In this document: positions 8,518 through 15,506 of the stretch, piece by piece
How positions within the stretch are numbered: the stretch's first letter is position 1
Layout: each line of letters opens with the position of its first letter
Source of the DNA: Terrimicrobiaceae bacterium
GTDB lineage: Bacteria; Verrucomicrobiota; Verrucomicrobiia; Chthoniobacterales; Terrimicrobiaceae
NCBI GenBank assembly: GCA_041752695.1
Contig: JBGSVZ010000127.1
Location: 1 to 24,000 of the forward strand
DNA: 24,000 nucleotides
Direction of reading: 5' to 3'
Notes under the pieces: generated by a model
Databases searched by the model: none
Told to the model about the DNA's origin: nothing
The model's input: only the letters and a program-made list of their open reading frames with translations
Position numbers and translations under genes: made by a program

Positions 8518-10560
8518 TCAAGCCGGCGTCGCTTTCTGCAGGAACTGTTGGTGTCCGAGGACCGCCTTTTCAAAAGCCTCGTGTTCCCCCGCATCCAACC
8601 ACTCCGGAAGTCGGGCGGCAGAGCGCTGCCATTTTGCCAGCCACTCGGGACCGAGCAGCTCGTGACGGCTGGCCAGAGGGGTTTCCCGCGCGGCCGGGGT
8701 GAAAGCGATGGTCGTCTCCTGTTTCGCTCCGGTGCTGCGTCCGCGCGCGACGAGAAATCCCGCGACAAGCAAGGCCGCCCGCGAGGCCGTGGAAACGGTG
8801 TAGGTGAAAAGCTCGGCCGGACGATGGCCGCAGACCGCGAAGAGACGGCGGAACGCCGCCAGCGTCCACTGGTCGCCGTTCGTTTTGCCGGAGAACATGT
8901 CGTAAAAAATTACCTCCGGCGGCTCGGGGGCGAGGGCCATGGATTCCTGGAAATTTCCCGGCACCAGCGTCCAGCTCAGGCCCGGGTGCAGGCGCGATTC
9001 CCAGCGTCCGGTTTTCAGAATTCCGGACGGTCCACCGTGGCGCAGGTAGGTGAAAAGTTCGTTGTATTCAAAAGCCAGCCGCAGCGAGTCGAGATCGTTT
9101 TCGAAGCTGATGAGATGCATGGGCCGGACCGGGCCGGTGGCGGCCTGTTCCTCGTAGCAGCGGATCGCTCCCATCGCGTTGGCGGCCGCGCCGAGACCGA
9201 CGTCCCAGATGACCAGGGGTTCTGACGAAAGATCCGGCCGCACCCGCTCAGCGAGATGGGATTGCTCGATATACAAGCGCCGCGCCTCCTCCATCGGGGG
9301 CGTGCGTGAGTGCATGATTTCCCCGGAATCCACGTGGAGGATGCTGGCGAAGCCCTCCCGCGCGGTGTGGATGCGATACGCGCCGCGGGTGGGTGGTTTG
9401 ACTTTTTTCGGTCCAGGATCTACCGCCGGATTGTCGAGATCGTCCTCCTGGAGGAAGGCGCGCTTGGCGTGATAAAGGTCCAAAAACCGATCCGCCAGAA
9501 TGCTCTCGCGGATCTCCCGCATGAGCTGATGGTAAAAATGGATGTTGTGTTTGCCGAGCAACTGCCAGCCGAGCGTCTCCTTGGTCTTGGTGAGATGGTG
9601 CAGGTAGGCGCGGGAATACCGCGCACAGGTTGGACACTCGCAGGCGAGGTCGAGAGGCTCCTGGGAAAACTTATACACGCCCCGACGCATCTGCAAAAAA
9701 CCACGGGAGGTGAAAGCCCCGCCGCGCTGGGCGACTTGCGTGGGGATAATGCAGTCAAACATATCGACGCCGCGATGCACGGCTTCGAGAATGTCCAACG
9801 GCGTGCCCACGCCCATGAGGTAGCGCGGTTTGTCCTCCGGCAGAAGCGCCGCCGTAAATTCGCACATGTCCTCGCGTTCGGCTTTGCTCTCGCCCACCGC
9901 GAGGCCGCCGATGGCCATGCCGTCGAAATCCAAGGCACAGAGCCCTTCTGCGCTGGCGCGCCGCAGGTCTTTGTACAGCGCGCCCTGCACGATGCCGAAC
10001 ATCGCCTGCAAGGAATCCCCACGCGCCGCCAGACTGCGCACGGCCCACCGCTGGGTGAGTTCGAGGGCGTCGCGGGTGGTGGCTTCATCGGAGGTCGAAG
10101 CCACGCACTGGTCGAGCGCCATCATGATGTCGCTGCCGATGGCAATTTGCGTTTCGATACTCAACTCGGGGCTGAGCAGAATGGTTTTCCCGTCGAGATA
10201 ACTTTGAAAAACCGCGCCCGCCTCGGTCATGGACCGTGAGTGCGGCAGGGAAAAAATCTGAAACCCGCCGGAGTCCGTCAGCACGGAACGCTTCCAGCTC
10301 ATGAAACCGTGAATTCCCCCCGTGTGACGGAACACCTCCGGACCGGGACGCAGGAGCAGGTGGTAGGTATTGGCTAACAGGATCTGCGAACCCGAGGATT
10401 CCAGCGTGTCCGGCCGCTGGGCCTTCACCGTGGCCTGCGTGCCGACGGGCATGAAGAGCGGGGTGAGGACCTCGTTGTGCAAAGTCTGGAATCGGGCCGC
10501 GCGGGCGCTCGACCCGGAGGCCCGGGCTTCAACGCGGAAATTCAGACGATTCATGGGCAA
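8518..10560 (-). CDS. tgt: tRNA-guanine transglycosylase (queuine tRNA-ribosyltransferase) fused to a C-terminal MnmC-like (DUF752-type) SAM-dependent methyltransferase domain
   Basis: Residues 1-372 carry all Tgt hallmarks:
- FMPVGTQATVK
- LANTYHLLLRPG
- TDSGGFQ
- GMAIGGLAVGE
- PRYLMGVGTP
- GVDMFDCIIPT
- Zn site CECPTCARYSRAYLHHL
Residues about 393-620 resemble the MnmC methyltransferase module:
- GEIMHSRTPPMEEARRLYIEQS
- VIWDVGLGAAANA
- HLISFEND
- VIFYDMFSGKTNGDQWT..FRRLF....AELFTYTVSTASRAALLVAGF. Confidence 0.85.
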   Translation of the reverse strand: MPMNRLNFRVEARASGSSARAARFQTLHNEVLTPLFMPVGTQATVKAQRPDTLESSGSQILLANTYHLLLRPGPEVFRHTGGIHGFMSWKRSVLTDSGGFQIFSLPHSRSMTEAGAVFQSYLDGKTILLSPELSIETQIAIGSDIMMALDQCVASTSDEATTRDALELTQRWAVRSLAARGDSLQAMFGIVQGALYKDLRRASAEGLCALDFDGMAIGGLAVGESKAEREDMCEFTAALLPEDKPRYLMGVGTPLDILEAVHRGVDMFDCIIPTQVAQRGGAFTSRGFLQMRRGVYKFSQEPLDLACECPTCARYSRAYLHHLTKTKETLGWQLLGKHNIHFYHQLMREIRESILADRFLDLYHAKRAFLQEDDLDNPAVDPGPKKVKPPTRGAYRIHTAREGFASILHVDSGEIMHSRTPPMEEARRLYIEQSHLAERVRPDLSSEPLVIWDVGLGAAANAMGAIRCYEEQAATGPVRPMHLISFENDLDSLRLAFEYNELFTYLRHGGPSGILKTGRWESRLHPGLSWTLVPGNFQESMALAPEPPEVIFYDMFSGKTNGDQWTLAAFRRLFAVCGHRPAELFTYTVSTASRAALLVAGFLVARGRSTGAKQETTIAFTPAARETPLASRHELLGPEWLAKWQRSAARLPEWLDAGEHEAFEKAVLGHQQFLQKATPA

Positions 10561-10716
10561 AGGTACGGATTAGTCGGGATTCCCGTCGCGGAAAACGTCC
10601 GTTTTCCGTCCAGGGCCGGACACCTTAGTCGCGCGCCCCCCGCCCCGTCCACCGCCAAACGGTTAGGCGGGTGGCAAATCACCGCCCCCGCCGTTTCGCC
10701 TGAGGCGCTCCTATCG

Positions 10717-11763
10717 TCAACGAACCGGCGCGTGGCAAAACCCTCCGCCATGTTTGGCGGCATATTGCTGATGGTATTCCTCAGCCCGGTAAAAGGGGCC
10801 CGCAAGTTCCACCTGGGTGACAATGGGGTTTCTGAAAGCGCCGTCTTTTTCCAGACGGGCAATTTTGACGCGGGTGGCGGCCTCTTGTTGCGGTGTGGTG
10901 AAAAACACTGCCGAGCGGTAGTTGTCGCCCACGTCAAACCCCTGACGGTTCAAGGTGGTGGGATTATGGATATCGAAGAGCCCGTCCAGCAACTGCGCGT
11001 AAGAGACGACAGCCGGATCGTAATCCACCTTCACCACTTCAGCATGGCCGGTCCTGTGGGAGCAAACCTGGTCGTAGGTCGGATCCTGTGTCGAGCCTCC
11101 CGCATAGCCGACCGCGGTCGCGGTGACGCCCTTCATCTTGCTGAAGGCTTCTTCCACGCCCCAGAAGCAACCTGCCCCGAAGATGGCTGTCTCTGTTTGG
11201 CGCGGAGCCTTATCCTGAAAACTCAGCGAGGCAGAGTTGATGCAGTAACGCAGACCGGTGGGTACGGGACCATCTGAAAAGACATGGCCAAGATGCGTGT
11301 CGCACCGGGCGCAATGGATCTCGTCGCGCGCCATGCCATAACTCACATCCCGGTCTGTCGCGACATTTTCCGCCGCGACCGGCTGGAAAAAGCTGGGCCA
11401 GCCGGTGCCGGATTCAAATTTCGCATCTGATCGGAAGAGCGGCAGCCCGCAGCCCACACAGGAATAGACCCCTTCCTTATGGTTGTCGTGAAACATTCCA
11501 CAGAATGCCCGCTCCGTCCCCTGGGCCCGGGCGACTTTGTATTGCTCCAGCGTGAGGCGGGCTTTCCATTCTTCGTCCGTCTTGATCACGCGGGGAACCA
11601 AAGCGGGTTCGTTGAGAGTGCCGTCCTCCCTGAGGAGGCGAACGGTGACATTTTCCGGTTTTGTTTTCATAGGGTTTGGTTTCGCGCCTGCCTGGACATT
11701 GAGCAGCGAGGCCGCGAAGAGTCCACCGGCAAGGGCGGCGAAGGAGATGACGAGAAATTTCAT
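10717..11763 (-). CDS. msrAB: Secreted bifunctional methionine sulfoxide reductase MsrB-MsrA
   Basis: 348 aa.
- N-terminal signal peptide: [26 protein letters not shown].
- MsrB (SelR) domain with two CxxC Zn motifs (CVGCG, CARCD) and catalytic RYCINS.
- MsrA domain with GCFWG and [12 protein letters not shown].
No thioredoxin domain is present. Confidence 0.9.
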   Translation of the reverse strand: MKFLVISFAALAGGLFAASLLNVQAGAKPNPMKTKPENVTVRLLREDGTLNEPALVPRVIKTDEEWKARLTLEQYKVARAQGTERAFCGMFHDNHKEGVYSCVGCGLPLFRSDAKFESGTGWPSFFQPVAAENVATDRDVSYGMARDEIHCARCDTHLGHVFSDGPVPTGLRYCINSASLSFQDKAPRQTETAIFGAGCFWGVEEAFSKMKGVTATAVGYAGGSTQDPTYDQVCSHRTGHAEVVKVDYDPAVVSYAQLLDGLFDIHNPTTLNRQGFDVGDNYRSAVFFTTPQQEAATRVKIARLEKDGAFRNPIVTQVELAGPFYRAEEYHQQYAAKHGGGFCHAPVR

Positions 11764-11777
11764 AATATGGTATTCCG

Positions 11778-11807
11778 ATAAGTCGGAATCGGGTGGGAAT
11801 CCTTACG
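11778..11807 (-). promoter_or_regulatory. Regulon motif site A (upstream of msrBA): CGTAAGGAT-N11-TCCGAC-TTAT
   Basis: One of seven aligned sites with invariant GTAAGG and CGAC 15 nt apart. It ends 14 nt before ATG 11763. The downstream half lies within the perfect dyad ATTCCGA-CTTA-TCGGAAT (11772-11789). Confidence 0.5.
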
Positions 11808-11840
11808 ACAAACGAAATGTGCGAACGGAGATTCAGGATG

Positions 11841-11870
11841 TGTAAGGAAACCAGGCTTTGAACGACCAAT
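11841..11870 (+). promoter_or_regulatory. Regulon motif site B (upstream of the membrane-protein/Rieske operon): TGTAAGGAA-N11-AACGAC-CAAT
   Basis: Same motif and spacing, divergent from site A. ATG 11869 overlaps the motif. The next in-frame ATG, at 11878, lies 7 nt downstream. Confidence 0.55.
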
Positions 11871-12585
11871 GCGCGGGATGGGAGTAACTTTGGCCATTTC
11901 GTTTTGGACCGTCGCGGGGATCTACCTGGCGATCGGCTTGCTTTTTGCCGTGCCGTTCGTGATCCGGTGGGCCGGACGCCTCGACCCCGCGGCGGAGAAG
12001 GGAACCTGGGGTTTCCGGATGGCGATTCTTCCGGGGGTGGCGGCGCTGTGGCCGTTGCTTCTGCTGAAAATGCTGCGTTCCCGGCGCGATCAGCCGGCTC
12101 CTCCCGACACCGGGCAGGTCGCCACCGCTGCGGGTCTGCGGCGCATGCATGGAGTGGCCATTGTGCTGCTGGCGGTGATCGTTCCGGTGGTTTGCGTGGG
12201 CGCTTTGATGGGACGCCCCCGCGAACGGCACTCGACGGTCACCCAACTCCAGACGCGACCACTCCCGCAGGTGATTTCCCTTCCGACGGCGTGGCCGGAA
12301 GCGCTCCCCATCACGGCCTCGCTGCGGACCGATGGAACGCGCTCCCAGTTGCAAATGGATGTCACCCAGCCTCTGGAGGATCCCGTCGTCGCACTGTACT
12401 GGAGTCCGGGAAAGAACGAGTCGGGGGTGACGAAGGACGCCGTTTTTCTGGGGTCCCTCTGGGGACCTTCCACTCTTTTGTTCGAGCTTCCTGAGAAGGC
12501 CCGGACCCAACCCGGTTATCTGACTCTGCTCGCCCTCGCCGGTGAGCAGCGGGTCATCGGTTCCCTCCCTCTCCCGGCAAAATAG
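11869..12585 (+). CDS. Hypothetical membrane protein (3 predicted TM helices plus a C-terminal soluble domain)
   Basis: 238-aa ORF with hydrophobic helices (LAISFWTVAGIYLAIGLLFAVPF, MAILPGVAALWPLLLL, VAIVLLAVIVPVVCVGAL). The stop lies 2 nt before the next gene's start, which indicates an operon. The alternative start 11878 fits the promoter geometry better. No family was recognised. Confidence 0.55.
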   Translation: MRGMGVTLAISFWTVAGIYLAIGLLFAVPFVIRWAGRLDPAAEKGTWGFRMAILPGVAALWPLLLLKMLRSRRDQPAPPDTGQVATAAGLRRMHGVAIVLLAVIVPVVCVGALMGRPRERHSTVTQLQTRPLPQVISLPTAWPEALPITASLRTDGTRSQLQMDVTQPLEDPVVALYWSPGKNESGVTKDAVFLGSLWGPSTLLFELPEKARTQPGYLTLLALAGEQRVIGSLPLPAK

Positions 12586-12587
12586 CC

Positions 12588-14399
12588 ATGTCCGTCGCCT
12601 ATCATTCCGTCGGATGGAATCGTCAAAAGCGCCTTTACGATGGGGTGATCGGCGGACTCCTCCTCCTCGTCTTGCTGGCGTACGCCGGGACGGTTTTTCT
12701 TTTCCAGCCTCTGACGACCGCGGAGACGTTCATCATTCGATTCACGGCCATCGCCGCGCTCACGCTGCTCCATGTGATCCTGGCCATCGGACCACTAGCC
12801 CGGCTGGACCCCCGCTTTTTGCCGTTGCTGTACAATCGCCGCCATCTGGGGGTGACGATGTTCGTGTTCGCCGCGATCCACGGGGTCTTCTGCATCATCC
12901 AATTTCACGCGGCTGGTGATGTGAATCCGCTGGTCAGCGTGCTGACCGCCTATCGCCGCGAATATCTGGCGGCGATATCCGGCGGGGAAAGTTTCGGGTA
13001 TTTTCCTTTTGAAGCGCTGGGCCTCGCCGCGCTGGGGATCTTCTTTCTCATGGCCGCAACAAGTCATGATTTTTGGCTGAAGAATCTGGGGCCATCGTTT
13101 TGGAAGATCCTGCACATGCTGGTCTATCTCGCCTATGGTCTGGTGCTCGCGCACGTCTTTCTCGGAGCGCTTCAGTCCGAACGGAGTCCATTTTTTCCCG
13201 CGGTGCTGGGCGCGGGCTTCGTGGGACTCGTCGGGATGCATCTGGCCGCGTTTGCGCAAGAGCGCCGGCGCGACCGCCTGCGGCAGGAGGCCGCCCGGAA
13301 TGGGTTTGTTTCCGTGGCCACGCTGGGAGATTTGCAACCGGATCTCGGACATGTGGCATTGCTGAACGGCGAGCGCATCGCCCTTTTCCTGCGCGGAGGC
13401 AAAGTCTTTGCCCTATCCAATGTCTGCCGGCATCAGGGCGGCCCGCTGGGTGAGGGACGGATTGTCAACGGCTGCCTGACCTGCCCCTGGCACGGATACC
13501 AATACAAGGTGGAAGACGGGTGCAGCCCTCCGCCGTTTACGGAGGTCGTCCCCACGTATTCCGTGCAGGTGATCGGTCAGGAAATTCATGTTTCGTCCGA
13601 TCCGCTTCCCCTCGGGACGCGGTCCGAGGGCGTGGCGGCTGGGAAGGCGGAGGATTCCCGATCTTCCGGAGAGTTTTACATTGGCTGGCAATCGAAGATT
13701 CCGGCCGGCCTCGGGAGATCCGTCCGTTCCGTGGTCCTCGGCCTTGGTGTCGCCCTGCCTCTCCTTTTTGTGTTCCTGGCCCATTGGCAGAATCCGGTGG
13801 ATGTGGGGGCGTTCGAGTTCGGGGTCGAGCGGGATTTCTCCGGCGTTCTTTTCGAGTCTCCCCTTCCGCTTCTGCAAGCGGATTGGGGCGATTCGCCTGC
13901 CGGCAAAAATTTTCTTCTCGTGGGAGCGGGCAAGTTCGGGCCGCCCGGGGTGATCAAAGGAAAAAACGGCCAGCGGGTTCGCTTCAAGGGCTCGCTCATC
14001 TACCGGAACGGCGTGACCATGATCGAGATGAACCAGCCCGATTCGTTCGAAGTTCTTGATGAAACCCGCTCGGCCATGCCGCCGCTCACGACGCTGGGAG
14101 AGGGGACGTTTAGCGGGGAACTGGTGGACACCAAGTGTTTCTTCGGAGTCATGCGTCCGGCCACCGGCAAGGTGCATCGCGCCTGCGCCGTCGTCTGTCT
14201 GAGCGGCGGGGTTCCTCCCGGACTTCTCGTGCGGGACGATCACCGCGATGCCGTCGTCCTGCTGCTGGTCGGGGCCGAAGGAAAGCCGTTGGACATCGAC
14301 TTCGAACTGGCGGCCCGGGTGCTGGAGGTTCACGGCAAACTGGAACTCCACAGTGGGACCCCGGTTCTGCGGGTGGACTCATGGAGGGTGAAGGACTGA
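12588..14399 (+). CDS. Multidomain membrane redox protein: ferric-reductase/MsrQ-like 6-TM heme domain, Rieske [2Fe-2S] domain, a seventh TM helix and an unknown C-terminal domain
   Basis: 603 aa.
- The TM region has RRHLGVTMFVFAAIHGVF and WKILHMLVYLAYGLVLAHVF, His-bearing helices like YedZ/MsrQ and PF01794.
- The Rieske motifs are CRHQGGPL (C280/H282) and CPWHGYQY (C299/H302), at nt 13425-13493.
- An extra TM helix spans residues 378-400.
- The C-terminal 200 aa contain three Cys (CFFGV..HRACAVVCLSGG). Confidence 0.8.
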   Translation: MSVAYHSVGWNRQKRLYDGVIGGLLLLVLLAYAGTVFLFQPLTTAETFIIRFTAIAALTLLHVILAIGPLARLDPRFLPLLYNRRHLGVTMFVFAAIHGVFCIIQFHAAGDVNPLVSVLTAYRREYLAAISGGESFGYFPFEALGLAALGIFFLMAATSHDFWLKNLGPSFWKILHMLVYLAYGLVLAHVFLGALQSERSPFFPAVLGAGFVGLVGMHLAAFAQERRRDRLRQEAARNGFVSVATLGDLQPDLGHVALLNGERIALFLRGGKVFALSNVCRHQGGPLGEGRIVNGCLTCPWHGYQYKVEDGCSPPPFTEVVPTYSVQVIGQEIHVSSDPLPLGTRSEGVAAGKAEDSRSSGEFYIGWQSKIPAGLGRSVRSVVLGLGVALPLLFVFLAHWQNPVDVGAFEFGVERDFSGVLFESPLPLLQADWGDSPAGKNFLLVGAGKFGPPGVIKGKNGQRVRFKGSLIYRNGVTMIEMNQPDSFEVLDETRSAMPPLTTLGEGTFSGELVDTKCFFGVMRPATGKVHRACAVVCLSGGVPPGLLVRDDHRDAVVLLLVGAEGKPLDIDFELAARVLEVHGKLELHSGTPVLRVDSWRVKD

Positions 14400-14429
14400 A
14401 AGAAGCGTCCTTTCCAGGAAAAGGAAAAA

Positions 14430-14464
14430 CCGCCGCCCTCTTTCAGAGGCGGCGGCTCTTTTTT
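14430..14464. terminator. Bidirectional Rho-independent terminator between convergent genes
   Basis: CCGCCGCCCTCT-TTC-AGAGGCGGCGG hairpin with one bulged C, followed by CTCTTTTTT. It is preceded by GAAAAGGAAAAA, which gives a T-rich tract on the other strand. Confidence 0.7.
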
Positions 14465-14479
14465 GAGAACCCTACGACC

Positions 14480-14695
14480 TTACCGGGTCTTGGAATTGCC
14501 CGAACCCACGAGCTTCTCGAACTTCATCTGGATCGAGTTGTCTTTCATGACCTTCGTCTTGACCTGATACTGCGCGCCGCAGGAGGTGCAACGGAAGGCA
14601 GGGGCAACGACGACGGTTTCTTCCGCCATGGCGGAGGTTCCGAGGAATCCCAGCGCCAAGGTGGCGAGGGCCAGTGTTTTTGTTAGTGTTTTCAT
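14480..14695 (-). CDS. Small secreted protein with a CxxC motif (71 aa)
   Basis: Internal ATG at 14695 of ORF 14480-14845; the longer form would overlap the NRDE gene. It has a signal peptide MKTLTKTLALATLALGFLGTSAMA followed by EETVVVAPAFRCTSCGAQYQVKTKVMKDN... It has its own motif site C and a downstream terminator. Confidence 0.6.
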   Translation of the reverse strand: MKTLTKTLALATLALGFLGTSAMAEETVVVAPAFRCTSCGAQYQVKTKVMKDNSIQMKFEKLVGSGNSKTR

Positions 14696-14737
14696 AGTTA
14701 TTAATTTTTGTTTCAACGCATGATTGTGCGCTTGCAG

Positions 14738-14767
14738 ATGAGTCGGGGTCGGGCTTGAAACCTTACA
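14738..14767 (-). promoter_or_regulatory. Regulon motif site C (upstream of the small CxxC protein): TGTAAGGTT-N11-CCCGAC-TCAT
   Basis: Same invariant GTAAGG-N15-CGAC. The TAA within TGTAAGG is the stop codon of the NRDE gene (14763-14765). The leader to ATG 14695 is 42 nt, the only long leader in the set. Confidence 0.45.
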
Positions 14768-15503
14768 GTGCGCTGGAAGAGAACCCGGCGGACAGACGGA
14801 GGGACATGGTGAATGGGGGCCCGCTGCAACAAGGTGGTCCGGCATGATAGGCCATCACCGCCCCGGTGGAGTTCAGGGAGATCTCCGTGCAACTGACGGT
14901 GCAGGCATCGGCGCGGTGCATGCAGAGGGAAAACGCACCGTTGGTGGGAACATGCGAACGATGCAGCCGGCGCAGCCAGGGAAGCGTGTCAGCGTCGGCT
15001 TCTCCGGCGGCATCGCCGCAGGTCAGGCGGCGCACGTGATTGGCTTGCTCCTCATCGAAACCGGAGGAAAACCAGTGGCATTTTTCCCAGGGCAGAGCGG
15101 AGCCTTCCAACAGGCTTCCACTCGATCTCCATTCCTGGAGACGTTTTTCGCTTGGCGAAACGATGATCAGCCGAAAGGGGTTCATGCGCGAAAGTGGCAG
15201 TGCCTTGAGCCGGACTTCCGCCTCCCCGGCGGTTTCTTCGGCGAGCAGAGCGGGAATGACCTCGCCGCGACTGAGTGTGCCGGCGAGTTGGGGCTGGGAA
15301 TACCAGTTGATGAGGGCCAGAGTGAGGCCCGACTCATTAATGCCAGCCCATGTGCCGCCATGGAGTTCGTGGGGATAGAGTGCGGCCAATCCGCCGCACC
15401 GATGAATCGAAGGCGGCAAGGCCGCCGGGCGCGAAAGGAGCTCGTCGCGATTCATTAGCAGATCAAATCCGCCGGAATGAGGGAGGAAGGAAACCGAGCA
15501 CAT
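14763..15503 (-). CDS. NRDE family protein (DUF833 / TANGO2-like, N-terminal Cys)
   Basis: 246 aa. It begins MCSVSF and contains the family-defining LMNRDE motif at residues 16-21. The start lies 3 nt after the upstream gene's stop. Confidence 0.75.
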   Translation of the reverse strand: MCSVSFLPHSGGFDLLMNRDELLSRPAALPPSIHRCGGLAALYPHELHGGTWAGINESGLTLALINWYSQPQLAGTLSRGEVIPALLAEETAGEAEVRLKALPLSRMNPFRLIIVSPSEKRLQEWRSSGSLLEGSALPWEKCHWFSSGFDEEQANHVRRLTCGDAAGEADADTLPWLRRLHRSHVPTNGAFSLCMHRADACTVSCTEISLNSTGAVMAYHAGPPCCSGPPFTMSLRLSAGFSSSAL

Positions 15504-15506
15504 GAA

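Noticed and set aside
9310-10239. 309-aa + strand ORF, plus several 97-225-aa ORFs within 8548-10201
   Set aside because: All overlap the tgt fusion gene, whose frame carries every Tgt catalytic motif. The alternatives have no recognisable features.
10561-10716. Riboswitch (for example preQ1) or intrinsic terminator in the msrBA-tgt intergenic region
   Set aside because: No preQ1-type hairpin plus A-rich tail was recognisable. GC-rich stems (GGCGGG...CCCGCC around 10665-10692) lack a following T-tract, so no terminator call could be supported.
11833-12510. Alternative ORFs (225 aa on the minus strand; 196 aa on the + strand at 11904-12494) competing with the 238-aa membrane protein
   Set aside because: Both are Arg/Gly/Pro-rich with no hydrophobic structure. 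The chosen frame has TM helices, is preceded by motif site B, and abuts the next gene's start.
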